A stretch of 62,993 bases of DNA, the filler included, from Chiloscyllium plagiosum (Eukaryota), in the NCBI RefSeq assembly GCF_004010195.1. It is 4 parts of one record of this genome, joined end to end, with 100 filler letters (N's around TTAATTAATTAA, not from the genome) between each part and the next. Parts side by side here need not be neighbours in the genome. Positions count along the whole stretch, not along the records: positions 1 to 21,003 come from NC_057717.1; 3 more parts are not named here. One strand, given 5' to 3'. Below are positions 1 through 12,082 of this stretch, piece by piece. Under the pieces are notes generated by a model. That model saw only the letters and a program-made list of their open reading frames with translations. It made no database searches and had not been told where the DNA came from. Made by a program: the position numbers and the translations under genes. Numbering within the stretch: position 1 is the first letter of the stretch; every line of letters starts with the position of its first letter.

Positions 1-195
1 CCCCTCCCTGACTGATCCCTACCCAACACTGTAATCTGCCCCTCCCTGACTGATCTCTACCCAACACTGTAATCACCCCCTCCCTGACTGAACCCTACCC
101 AATACTGCAGTCACCCCCTCCCTGACTGATCCCTACCCAACACTGCAATCACCTCCTCCCTGAGTGATCCCTACCCAACACTGTAATCTTCTCCT
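1..195. repeat. 38-bp minisatellite, ~5 copies (runs off window start)
   Basis: Unit CCCTCCCTGACTGATCCCTACCCAACACTGTAATCAC recurs with 38-bp period (T at 5, 43, 81, 119, 157). Confidence 0.9.
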
Positions 196-960
196 CCCAA
201 GGAAAAGGAATAAGTGGAAAGAATCTAGGATCCTTCAATGACCAAAGTGGACATATATGTGCAGAATTGCAGGAGATATTTCACCTCTGTGTTGACCGTG
301 GAGAAGGGCATGAAGGCTTTTGAACTTGGTGAAGTTAGTAATGATCTCTTGGGGACAGTCCATATCAATGCAGAGGAAGCGTTTAATGCATTAGAATGTA
401 TGAAGATGGATAAATCTCCTGGACCTGACGAAACATATCCAACAACACTGCAAGAGGCGAAATTGTGGGGTCCCTGTCTGATCTTTTCGCATCACCGTTA
501 CCCACGGGTGACGTCCCGCAAGATTGGAGGGCAACAAATGTTGTGCCCTTATTCGAGTTGGGCTGCAAAAAAAAAAAAACCCTGGGCACTATAGAGCAGT
601 AAGCCTAACATCTGTGGTAAGTCAGTTACTTGAGAAGATGCTGTGCATTTGGAAATACCGCTTTTGATTGGGAGTAGTCAGCTGAGCCTTCTGCCTGTGT
701 TACCATGCCTCACAAATTTGTCAGCGTTCTTTGATGAAGTGTTCAGGAAGTTTGACGAGGGCAGGCCAGTGCATGTAGACTCTACAGATTTCAGTAAGGC
801 CTTTGATAAGTTTCCAAATGGTACATTGCTCTGCAAGGTTAGATCGCATGAAATCCAGGGGGTATTGGCAAACTGGATACATAACTGCCTTGATGGAAGG
901 AAGCAGAGGGTAACAGTCAGACTGAAAGCCTGTGACTAGTGGTGTGCTTCAGCAGTCATA

Positions 961-1637
961 GAATCATAGAATCCCTCCTCTGTGGAAACACGCCCTTCAG
1001 ACCAACAAGTCCACAGGCACTCTGAAGATTATTCCACCCAAACCCATTCCCCTACACTATTACTCGACATTTACCCCCGACGAATGCAAATTATTTACAC
1101 ATCCATGAACACTATAGGCAATTGCGCATTGCTAATTTACCTGACCTGCACATCTTTGGGTTGTGGGAGGAAAACGGAGCACCCAGAGGAAACCCTGGCA
1201 GCCACGGGGAGAACGTACAAACTCAGTTAGTGTGGCATGGTGTCTCAGTGGTTGGCACTGCTGCCTCACAGTGCCAGGGACCCGGGTTGGACCCGAGCCT
1301 CGGGTGACTGTGTGGAGTTTGCACATTCTCCCTGTGGCTGCGTGGGATTCCTCTGGGTGCTCTGGTTTCCTCCAACAATCCAAAAATGTACAGGTCAGAT
1401 GAATTGGCCGTGCTAAATTGCCCATAGTACTAGGTGCATTCGTCAAGGGTAAATATTTGGTAGGTTACTCTTCGGAGGGTCGGTGTGGACTTGTCTGGTC
1501 AAATGACCTGTTTCCATACTGCAGGAAATCTAACCCTAACAGGATTTAACCCAAACAGCCCACCCTGTGAGTTTGGAATTGAACCAGATCCACGGTGCTG
1601 TGAGGCAGCAGTGCTAACCACTGTGCCACTATGCCGC
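961..1637 (-). mobile_element. HE1-type tRNA-derived SINE split by a second SINE (body 961-1222, head ~1550-1637)
   Basis: Reverse complement of the SINE core (GCAATTTAGCATG / CACATCTTTGG / GGAGCACCC) and head (GCTGTGAGGCAGCAGTGCTAACCACTG). Confidence 0.8.
1231..1530 (+). mobile_element. HE1-type SINE
   Basis: GGCATGGTGTCTCAGTGGTTGGCACTGCTGCCTCACAG head, TGTGGAGTTTGCACATTCTCC core, GCTAAATTGCCC, and CR1-like tail. Confidence 0.85.
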
Positions 1638-3722
1638 TGAGCTGGTTAGTGCTACGGTTAATGGTAGGGCCTGAAGGAGTGTAGTGGAACAGCGGTACCT
1701 TGGATTCCAGGAGCACGTTTCTCTGAACTCAGGTAGACAGGTCAGTGAAGAAGGCTTTTGGCACACTGGACCCTTCATCAGTCAGGGCATGGAATATCGA
1801 AGTTGGGAAGTTCTGTTGTAGTTGTTCAAGATGTTGGTGAGGCCGCACTTGGAATATTGTGTTCAGTTTTGCCCACCTTGTTGTAGGAAAGATGTTATTA
1901 AACTGGAAAGAGTACTGAAGAAACTTACAAGGATGTTGCCAGAACTCAACTAGACAGTTATAGAGAGACAAGCTAGGACATTTTCTTTAGTGTGTAGGAG
2001 ACTGAGGTGTGTCCTTATAGAGGTGTATAAGATCATGGCAGGCATGGATAGGTTGAATGCACTCAGTCTTTATCCAAGGTTGGGGAATCAAGGATGAAAG
2101 GGCATCAGTTTAAGGTGAAAGGGGAAAGATTAAAAGGGAACCTGAGGGCCAATGCTTTTACCCAGAGGGTGATACACATACGGAATGAACTACCAGTGGA
2201 AGGAAAAGGCATCAGTTTAAGGTAAAAGGGGAAAGATTAAAAGGGAAACTGAGGGCCAATGTTTTTACCCAGAGGGTGGTACTCATATGGAATGAAGTTA
2301 CTGGGGAAGTGAACGAGGAGAATACATTTAATAACATTTAAAAGGCACTTGGACAAATACATGGAGAAGAACGTATTAGAAGGATATGGGCCAAGTGCAG
2401 GGAAACTGGGTTCGTGTGGATGGACCACTCCATACTGTAGAACTCTATGACTCCCTGAACATACCCAGGTGTCCCATAATACAGAAACAGCCAAAGCAAC
2501 ACGAACATGAGCCGGTACAAGTGTGAATCAGCCCTGCAGAATTTGGCAGGAAGCCAGCCTGGCCTTACAGCGAAGGATTCCTAGCACAAGCCAGCCTGGC
2601 CTTACAGCGAAGGATTCCTAGCACAGGAGCTGTGGTGAGAAGAAGATAGAGAACTGGGGAAGGAAGCTGGAAAGCTCACTCCACTGCCGATAGCCTTGAG
2701 GACCCCCAGCTGGGATAAGGCAGCTGGGATCCGGTCAACCCAGGGAAAACCTACAGGCTGTGACAGAGCTAGGCCTCTTACACAATGAGCAGGACAGAGC
2801 GTTGCAGGAAAATCTCATCCACATGGGACTAATCCAGTTACAATTGGGAAGAGTCCATTCCACTGAAAGGAGGGCCTCTGGGGATGGGGAAGCAGCCTCA
2901 GGTAACATTGACAATCTGGAAAGACAGTGTATGAGCTCCAAACAGCTGCATGGGTCCTGTACACCTGCAACATGAAGCAACACACATCAGGCCCTAGTAG
3001 GAGTTGCCAGGAGCAAATATAATCCCTAGGGAACCAGGGCTCCGCCCAGAGTGGGATAATGTGTGCCTCTGGGGTATTACCTCCCCAGGGAGATAATGAC
3101 AGGCCCCACACTGACACATCCACACCCGCCCACAGATGGGGACTCCCACTGCCTTTTTTCAGGTAACTGCACCTTTCCCCCCACCAGCCCTGACCCACAG
3201 CCGAACTCAGATTCCATGAATCATGTGGTTACCCAGTGTCAAACAGCTGATGGTCAGACATGAATCATGTGGTTACCCTGTGTCAAACAGCTGATGGTCA
3301 GACAGGTACGATCATGGTGAATCATGCCTGGACACACTTCCAGGGGCTGGGAGATAGATGGAACTCACCGCGTGATCACCTTAGTTTAATTCATCTGCAG
3401 GGTTTGAGTGTTCCTGGCTGAGCCATTATTGATTTCCTGTCCATAGTTGCCATTACGACAGATTAGCCATGCTAAATTGCCCATTGTGTCAAGGACATTC
3501 GGGCTAGCTGGAATAGCCGTAGGAAATGCAGGGTTTCAGGGATATCATCGGGGGAGTGGGTCTGAGTAGGATTCTCTTCAGAGGGTCATTGTGGACTCAA
3601 TGGGACAAAAGGTTTAATTCTGTTCTGTCAAGATTTTATGATATCACTTATCAGCCATAAAACCATCGGATTGACTAATGTACACAATGGCTTTTGCACA
3701 GCCAGCTGGCTACTCTGACAAC

Positions 3723-6082
3723 AAGCATAACCAGCTTTTAAAATTAGGCTGGTAACTCATTGCATAAACTTCTTTCCATTCAAGTGGATGAGTTAGGGGA
3801 AATGTCACAACCTCCTGGCTAAAACACCGATGGACAGCCAAGGCACATTGGCCAAGTAAATCTCCCAAACCACAAAACCCGCACACCAGACAAAGTGCAA
3901 ACACAGCATAATGTAAAAGGCAATAGTTATTCTAGACAGATGTCTCCACCAAACAAAGGAGGGCCCAGACAGGAAGGCACCGGGTCCTGCTACACAAAGA
4001 AACTAACAAAAAGCCATGCAAATGATTGGCAATGCTTCAGACTATTAACTGATTTTCCTAATTGGCCAGAACGATAGAAAGTTCCAGAAAATCATCCAGA
4101 AATGAACAAAAACAGGGTTCATCTGCAGACTGATTTCTTGAATCTCTGGAGGCCTTCTGAGGAGACCAGCATGGCAAGAGACAGGTACCATCTGACCATC
4201 CAGAGAGAGAGAGAGAGGAAGAGAAAAAACAGTTTCGCAGACCCAGATGCAGAACCAGAGAGAGAGAGAGAGAGAGAGAGGCAGAAGCAAAACCCAGGAG
4301 CATGGCAGAGAGGGAATGTGAAAAACCATCGAGAGAGAGAGTTGGAACCAACAGCAATAACGAGTGTCACCCCTTCAGTCTGTCCATGTTTTAACTCCTG
4401 TTTTTCTCAGTCTGACTTACCCCTTCTCTCCCTCTCTCTGTCCCCTCTCTCTCTTTGTCCTTCTGTCTCTCTCTCTCTCTCACTTTGTCTTTCTCCCACA
4501 CTCTCCCTCTCCCTGTCTCTCTACCCATCTTTCTCCCATCCCCCTTCTTTTTCCCTACTCTCTCGATGTCTCTCACTCTCATTTTCTCACCCTCCCTTTC
4601 TGTTTTTCGCTATTTCAGACCTGAAAGATGTCATCCAATTTTGAACCCCCTCAAAAATACAATGGTGCTCATTTTCACTCCTCCCAAATTTATGCCCTTC
4701 CCCAAATATCTTCCCTCCCAAATAATTGCCTCACCAAATACGCCCCCTCAAATATTTTGCTGCCCCCAACATTGCTGTGAGCCCCACTCTGTGGGGCAGA
4801 GGGAAATGAGTGCAAAAGTGTGGAGCTGGAAAAGCACAGCAGGTCAGGCCTGAACTATGACTATCCATCCTGACCTGCTGTGATTCCCCAGCTCCACACT
4901 TTGTAACTCTGACTCTCCAACATCTGCAGTCCTCACTTTCTCACACCGGTAAATGAGTCTGGGTTGCCTAACTGGCCTGTGACTGTTTAAATGCACAGCA
5001 AGATCCCAGTCCCAGAATTACAGAAGGCTTGTATCACAGATGAAGTCCTTTCTGCCCATTATCCCTCCTCCTCCATTAAATGATCCTGGTCAGTTAAGGA
5101 TCCTCAGGATTGGCCCTTGAATGGCCTCATTGACTATCCTTTCTGTGGAGACCTCTTCTCCGCTCTGTCTCTGAATTTGCATCACATGCTATCCCTCCCT
5201 CCATCTCTCTCTGACAACAGACGCTCCTTTCTCCACCAACCCCAAAACCCCAACAAGTACTCGACCTGTCTCTGGCTGTCCCACTCCCTCCTTGTCTCCC
5301 ACTTTCCACCTTTCCCATGCAGACTCACAGCCCCTGGGCTGGAGGACATAGTGCAGAGACTAAATCACCTTTTGACTGACTGTTGTAATGCACAGGAAGA
5401 TCCAACTCTGCAACCATGCCCAGCCACACACAGTCCTTCTCCCTCCATATGTATACTTCGCTCTCTCGCTGTCTCTCTCACTCTGTCCTTCTTTCACTCT
5501 CTCCGTCTCCCTGCCTCTCATTGCCCATCTCTCTCTCTCCTCATTTTCTCCATCTCAACTCTCTCAATGTCTCTCTCTCTCTTTTTGTCACTCTCCCCTT
5601 TTGCTTGATTTCAGACTCAATGAGAAAAGTACTTTATGTCCCTTACACTCACGCCCTCCCCACAGTCGGAATAAAACCCGGAAGAGACCAGGAAAAGCTT
5701 TATCCCCCTGCATTAACTGTACAGCATCCAGCGACACAGAGACAAACTCTTCCCAATGTCCCTTCCCCACTCACTGGGACAGAGCAGAGGGGTTCAGGGA
5801 GAAAGAAGAAGAGAAACTACAAGAGAGAAAGAAAGACAAACAGACAGACAGTGAATGGGAGGGAGAGAACAAGAGAAAGACAGGCAGACAGTAAGGGAGA
5901 GAAAGTGAGAAGAACTGAAAGAGAGCAGGAGAGAGGCAGAGAGAGAAAGGGAGAGAGAGAGAGTAAAACCCCAGAAAGAGAAATACAATGTCAGACAGAT
6001 ACAAGGTGAAAAAGGGGAGGCAAAGACAGGGTGAGAAGGTCAGACAGACAGCAAGAGAGAAATCCTAGGGAGAGATATAGGA
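3723..6082 (+). repeat. Tandem segmental duplication, copy 1 (~2.35 kb)
   Basis: Colinear with 6255-8592 from AAGCAT-ACCAGCTTTT to GAGATATAGGAC. Roughly 90% identical by eye. Confidence 0.95.
5329..5460 (-). pseudogene. Decayed Ig C1-like exon end (paralogous copy at ~7868-8000)
   Basis: Reads TYGGRRTVCGWAWLQSWIFLC, matching the C1 spacing TV-x4-W-x7-C. Ends in phase 1 at a GTGAGT donor. Both copies have in-frame stops. Confidence 0.4.
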
Positions 6083-6254
6083 CGTGCCTCACAAACCTTA
6101 TTGAATTCTTTGAGAAGATGACTAAGGAGGTGGACGAGGGGAAAGCGGTAGATGTGGTGTATATGGATTTTGATAAGGTTCCCCATGGTAGACTACTGCA
6201 AAAAATACGGAGGTATGGCATTGAGGGTGAGTTGGAGGTTTGGATTAGGAGTTG
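6083..6254 (+). mobile_element. CR1 RT fragment at the duplication junction
   Basis: Translates CLTNLIEFFEKMTKEVDEGKAVDVVYMDFDKVPHGRLLQKIRRYGIEG. Confidence 0.9.
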
Positions 6255-8592
6255 AAGCATTACCAGCTTTTAAAATTAGGTTTGTAATTTATTGCATGAG
6301 CTTCTTTCCTTTCCATTCAAGTGGATAAGTTGTGGGAGATGTCACAACCTCCTGGCTAAAACACAGATAGACAGCCAAGGTTTATTGGCCAAGTAAATCT
6401 CCCAAATCACAAAAGCCGCACACCAGGCACAGTGCAAACACAGCATAATGTACAAGGCAACAGTTATTCTGGACAGACGTATCTACTAAACAAATGCGGG
6501 CCCAGACAGGAAGGCACCAGGTACTGCTACACAAAGAAACTAATAGCAACAAGCCATCCAAATGGTTGGCAATGATTCAAACTATTAATTGATTCTCCTA
6601 ATTGGCCAGAATGGTAGAACGTTCCGGAAAACCATGCAGAAATGAACAAAAACAGGGTTCCTCTGCAGACTGATTGCCTGAATCTCTGGAGGCCTTCTGA
6701 GGAGACAGCATGGCAAGAGACAGAGACCATCTGACCATCCAGAGAGAGCGAGAAGAAGAGAAAAAACAGTTTCGCAGACCCAGATGCAGAATCAGAGAGA
6801 GAGAGGGAGAGAGAGAGAGAGAGACAGGCAGAAGCAAAACCCAGGAGCATGGCAGAGAGGGAATGTGAAAAACAATCGAGAGAGAGACTTGGAACCAACA
6901 GGAATAACTAGTGCCACCCCTTCTGTCTGTCCATGTTTTAACTCCTGTTTGTCTCAGTCTGACTTCCACCTTCTCTCCTTCTCTCTGTCCTCTCTCTCTC
7001 TTTGTCCTTCTGTCTCTCTCTCTCTCTCACTTTGTCTTTCTCCCACTCTCTCCCTCTCCCTGTCTCTCGCTACCCATCTTTCTCCCATCCCCACTCTCTC
7101 GATGTCTCTCGCTCTCATTTTCTCACCCTCCCTTTCTGTTTTTCGCTATTTCAGACCTGAAAGATCTCACCCAATTTTGAACCCCCTCAAAAAGAGAATG
7201 CTGCTCATTTTCACTCTCCTCCCAAATTTATGCCCTTCCCCAAATATCTTCCCTCCCAAATAATTGCCTCACCAAAAACGCCCCCCTCAAATATTTTCCT
7301 GCCCCCAACATTGCTGTGAGCCCCACTCCGTGGGGCAGAGGGAAAGAGTGGAAATGTGTGGAGCTGGAAAAACCCAACAAGTCAGGCCTGAACTATCGAC
7401 TCTCCTTCCTGACCTGCTGTGCTTCCCCAGCTCCACACTTTGTAACTCCGACTCTCCAACATCTGCAGTCCTCACTTTCTCACAGCGGTAAATGAGTCTG
7501 GGTTGACTGACTGGCCTGTGACTGTTTAAATGCACAGCAAGATCCCAGTCCCAGAATGACAGAAGGCTTGTATCACAGATGGAGTCCTTTCTCCCCATTA
7601 TCCCCCCTCCTCCATTAAATGATCCTGATCAGTTCAGGATCCTCAGGATTGTCACTTGAATGGCCTCACTGACTATCCTTTCTGTGTAGACCTCTTCTCC
7701 ACCCTGTCTCTGACTTTGCATCACATGCTATCCCTCCCTCCATCTCTCTCTGACAACAGACCCTCCTTTCTCCACCAACCCCAAAACCCCAACAAGCACT
7801 CCCCCTGTCTCTGGCTGTCCCACTCCCTCCTTGTCTCCCACGTTCCACCTTTCTCATGCAGACTCACAGCCCCTGGGCTGGAGAACATAGTGCAGAGACT
7901 AAATCACCTTTTGACTGACTGTTGTAATGCACAGGAAGATCCCACTCTGCAATCATGCCCAGCCACACACAGTCCTTCTCTCTCCATATGTATCCTTCTC
8001 TCTCTCCCTGTCTCCCTCACTCTGTCCTTCTCTCACTCTCTCCGTCTCCCTGTCTCTCATTGCCCATCTCTCTCTCTCCTCACTTTCTCCATCTCAACTC
8101 TCTCCATGTGTCTCTCTCTCCTTTTGTCACCCTCCCCTTTTGCTATCCCTTACACTCACGTCCTCCCCACAGTCGGGGTAAAACCCGGAAGAGACCAGGA
8201 AAAGCTTGATCCCCCAGCATTAACTGTACAGCATCCAGCGACATAGAGACAAACTCTTCCCAATGTTCCTTCCCCAGTCACTGGGACAGAGCAGAGGGAT
8301 CCAGGGAGAAAAAGGAAGAGAAACTACAAGAGAGAAAGAGAGACAAACAGACAGACAGTGAATAGGAGGGAGAGAACAAGAGAAAGACAGGCAGACAGAG
8401 GGAGGGAGAGAAAGTGAAAAGAACTGAAAGAGAGCAGGAGAAAGGCAGAGTGAGAAAGGGAGAGAGAGAGAGTAAAATCCCAGGAAGAGAAATACAATGT
8501 CAGACAGATACAAGGTGAAAAAGGGGAGGCAAAGACAGGGTGAGAAGGTCAGTCAGACAGCAAGAGAGAAATCCCAGGGAGAGATATAGGAC
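6255..8592 (+). repeat. Tandem segmental duplication, copy 2
   Basis: Colinear with 3723-6082. Confidence 0.95.
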
Positions 8593-8901
8593 AGAGAGAG
8601 AGAGAGACGAGTTGCAGCAGCAGAGAGATAGAGCTGAAAGAGTTGGGTGGTGGTCGGGGTGGGGGAGCTGCTGCGATGCAGCGAGAATGATGTACAGACA
8701 AGAATAGCAAGATCCCACAGAGCTGAGAGAAAGATGCAGGGAGAGATGAGCAAGGTGTTTGTTTTGTGAAAGATTGAATGATTAAGCATTCCTGAAAAAC
8801 ATGGTGGGGTGACACAGGGGCAGAGTGGTGTAGGAAGGGAATCTACAGGGAAATGTCAACAGGGCAGAGATGTGAAGGATGTTGAGAGATAGGAATTGAA
8901 G

Positions 8902-9782
8902 GAAAGATGTGGGAGAGACAGCTGGGAACACAGAAATAGACAAGAGAGCTCTCATGGGAATGGGAAGCAGTGAGATCAGTGGGATCAGACTGTGCAGCTG
9001 CCCCCTCTCTAGCATTTTGCGCCTTTGTCTCTCCTCAGTGTAGAGCTCGCCCCTTGTGGTAAAATTCCCAGAAACAGCTTGTATTCTTGTGTGTATGTGT
9101 GTGTGTGCGCGTGTCAGTATGTATGCGTGTGTGTGTGTCTATGTATATGTGTGTGTATGTCTGTGTGCGTGTGTGTGTCTGTGTGTCTGTGTATGTGTGT
9201 GCGTGTATATGTGTGTCTGTGTGTATGTGTGCGTGCGTTTACGTGTGTGTGTTAACTCTCTCTGGTTCCAGCTCCTGTCTGATGATTCCTCATGGTAGAA
9301 TAATTTGATTCTCTCTGTCTTTGTACTGTCCTGGTTTCAACTCCCAGATCAAATGCTAAATCATTCACGATCCTATTGAATAGCAGAGCAGGCTCAAAGG
9401 GCTGGGTGGTCTCCTCCTATTCCTATTTTGGATGGTCTTATGTTCTTAATGCTCCCTCTTTATGGGCATTTAAGCGGGCATTGGATAGGCATATGGAGGA
9501 TAGTGGGTTAGTATAGGTTAGGTGGGCTTGGATCGGCGCAACATCGAGGGCCAAAGGGCCTGTACTGCGCTGTATTCTTCTATGTTCTTCTATGTTCTAT
9601 GAAAGATGTGGGAGAGACAGCTGGGAACACAGACACAGACATGAGAGTTCTCATGGGAGTGGGAAGCAGTGATATCAGTGGGATCAGACTATGCAGCTTC
9701 CCCCTCTCCAGCATTTTGCGCCTTTGTCTCTCCTCAGTGTAGAGCTCGCCCCTTGTGGTAAAATTCCAGAAACAGCCTGAAT

Positions 9783-9826
<44 letters not shown>

Positions 9827-9852
9827 GTCTATGTGTGTGCGTGTGCGTGTAC

Positions 9853-9883
<31 letters not shown>

Positions 9884-10085
9884 CACTCTCTCTGGTTCCA
9901 GCTCCTCTCTGATGATTCCTCATGGTAGAATAATTTGATTCTCCCTGTTTTTGTACTGTCCTGGTTTCAACTCCCACAACAAATGCTAAATCCTCCATGA
10001 TCGCATTGAATACCAGAGCAGGTTCAAAGGGCTGGGTGGTCTCCTCCTATTCCTATTTTGGATGGTCTCATGTTCTTAACGCTAT
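8902..10085 (+). repeat. Direct duplication (8902-9455 / 9601-10085) containing (TG)n microsatellites
   Basis: Both copies run GAAAGATGTGGGAGAGACAGCTGGGAACAC ... ATGTTCTTAA. Confidence 0.95.
9458..9600 (+). mobile_element. 5'-truncated CR1 3' end with (TTCTATG)n tail
   Basis: CATTTAAGCGGGCATTGGATAGG ... GGGCCAAAGGGCCTGTACTGCGCTGTA followed by a tandem tail. Confidence 0.85.
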
Positions 10086-10256
10086 CTCCCAGCTCTTGTC
10101 CCACACACTGGAGGTTGTGACTCCACAAGTGCTGCACTCTTCCGTGAGTCTCGGAGGGAACCAGCCTGATTTGGATTGGAGTTGCAGCCTCTCAGTGAGA
10201 AGTGAAATCTCCTCCCGGTTCTCACTGTAAGGTGGAGCAGGCCGGTCACGGGGAAG

Positions 10257-10578
10257 TCTGGCCATCCAGCTGTCCTTGTATGTCTGCATTTTTTGTTCCT
10301 TGTTTGTTACAGTTTGTTCTTTTATCCAGTTTCTCTTATCATACTATAAGCTGTATTATGAAATGCCCCTGCTGCTTCTTTTGTGGTCAGCTACAACCCT
10401 TCATTGTTATTTCCTAGCTTAAAACTATTTTCTATAAAAGACCCTCTATATTCATTAACGTCTTAGCCTTAAGTATGCTACATGCTACAAGAATTCCGCG
10501 ACCATTTGTACAATGTCCCACCCCCGCAACAGCCCACCTCCCCCCCACCCGCAGAAGCTACATTTCTAACCTTCCACA
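10257..10578 (-). repeat. ERV 3' LTR, truncated (U3 part only)
   Basis: Matches 15200-15485 with ~15 substitutions by eye and an extra 33-bp block (10441-10473). Directly follows the PPT. Confidence 0.9.
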
Positions 10579-10581
10579 AAT

Positions 10582-10600
10582 CCCCCCTTTCTTTTTTCTC
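10582..10600 (-). promoter_or_regulatory. Polypurine tract
   Basis: GAGAAAAAAGAAAGGGGGG immediately before the 3' LTR TGTGG. Confidence 0.9.
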
Positions 10601-10712
10601 TAACTATTGTTTCTGCACTTATTAAGTCTCCTTTAATTTATTTTCTTACAGTCTGCCCTCTAATGCCTCTTGGCAATGAGGTTCATAATCTTACATTTTA
10701 CATTTGTGCTGT

Positions 10713-12082
10713 TCATCCCTTGAACTCTAGGAACATTCTTTGACTTTCCCTTTGTTGCATATTACCTGCTGATTGTAAAAGCATCTGATGATTTATTTGG
10801 GTTCCTTTCCCAAGGGATGTCATCAGTCGGTTCATTACCCATTTTAGGACATTGAACCCTACCACCAGACCCACGAATACCAATAATCCATAGATAGCCA
10901 GATTGACTAACCACCTTCCTCAACCAGTCAATCCCCAATTCCCCCACTCCCATCCCTTTTCATTCTGGTACCGATTCCCGGCCTTCTTTATTTTGGCGAT
11001 TTTGTTTCGCACATGTTTGGAGATTTCAGTAATATTCCAGGAGACCTCAGGTATGTAAGTATAACATTCCTCCCCAATTAGTGCACAGATACCACCTTTC
11101 TCTGCTAGAATATAATCTAGAGCCATCCTGTTCTGAAGAGTCGTTAGCCGAGTGGCAATCATTATGGATGCTACTTGGGATTAGGTTTCGGCCAACGCAT
11201 CAGCAGTATTGTTGGACAGCTCTTCCAGGGAAGCCGCCAACTTTTGTATTTCTACTCCTGCTCGAGCCATACATAGGTATCAAAGTCCAGTGGAGGCGAT
11301 CTCCTTCGGTTACTCGCCTTCCTCCCTGTTTGTTCTGAAGTATTTTGGGGGCTCTCTTTAACAGCCTCAACTGGGGAATTATATGGACGAGGTAGCAGCA
11401 GCCGCTCCAGCCTTTCAGGCTTTGAGGCAGTATTTGATCAACATCATAACATGCATGCATTCTTGTACATTCGGTCACGGGAATGTTTTTTTTTTCCCCG
11501 AGAATAAATGGACATGCCTTCAGACCGAATACCCAATATGTTCCGTTTAATATTCGGGGAATGGTCGTGACAATGGCTTGGCTGGTGCAGACACAAGATG
11601 ATTTTCCTAATCGGAAGGGTACGGTATCATTCTGATTACAGAAACAAGTGGTATTTACTGCTCCTTTCAGTGCGGAAACTCTAAGGCCATCGATAGCAAC
11701 CAGAGTTTTTGGAGCTGGTCGAGGGAACCATCCCTCAAAGGTATAATTACCCCTGTCAGATCTCCATTTTGTATTGTTTGAGCCCGAGTCAAATTGTTGT
11801 ACATCGTACACTTCTCTTTCGGTAAGTGGTATTACCGTGAGAGGAATTCCGGATTCCTCATGGTGTGGGATCTCAGCACATACCCCACAGACGGTATGCC
11901 CCTTTAGTTTAGCATAATTCTAACATAAAGCGGTAAAATGATCCCCCCACCCCACCCCCACCCCACTTGGCAGCTAGCACCAATATTATCGTGACAATAT
12001 AAAGCTGACCGCATGCAACACTTACAATTGTTTTGGGATACAGTTTTTAACCAATACTTAATAGTCTCTTATCTCAGTCCAT
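10713..12082 (-). pseudogene. env: ERV env, gamma-type (frameshifts and stops)
   Basis: Signal-like LYIVTIILVLAA, SU CxxC (CGVC), ISD LQNRMALDYILAEKGG, CX6C(C>Y), and TM anchor WLVNLAIYGLLVFVGLVVGF. A TGG>TGA change lies at 10920. Confidence 0.88.

Larger units (their letters stand above)
238..2450 (+). mobile_element. Decayed CR1/HER1-type LINE ORF2 (RT) and 3' end, interrupted by SINEs at ~961-1637
   Basis: RT motifs MDKSPGPD, CLTNLSAFFDEV, DFSKAFDK, DGRKQRV. The 3' part has the LVRPHLEYCVQF-like segment and FTQRVV-like end. There is a ~106-bp internal duplication (2102/2208). Confidence 0.85.

Noticed and set aside
5117..5200. NGLTD..DLFSAL resemblance to an NLR leucine-rich repeat
   Set aside because: Single short motif with no repeat periodicity or splice support.
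4102..8815. Long S/L- or R/E-rich ORFs
   Set aside because: These are products of (CT)/(GA) low-complexity sequence.
9044..9062. CTCF-like motif CCACAAGGGGCGAG (also ~9745)
   Set aside because: Imperfect match that cannot be supported without ChIP data.
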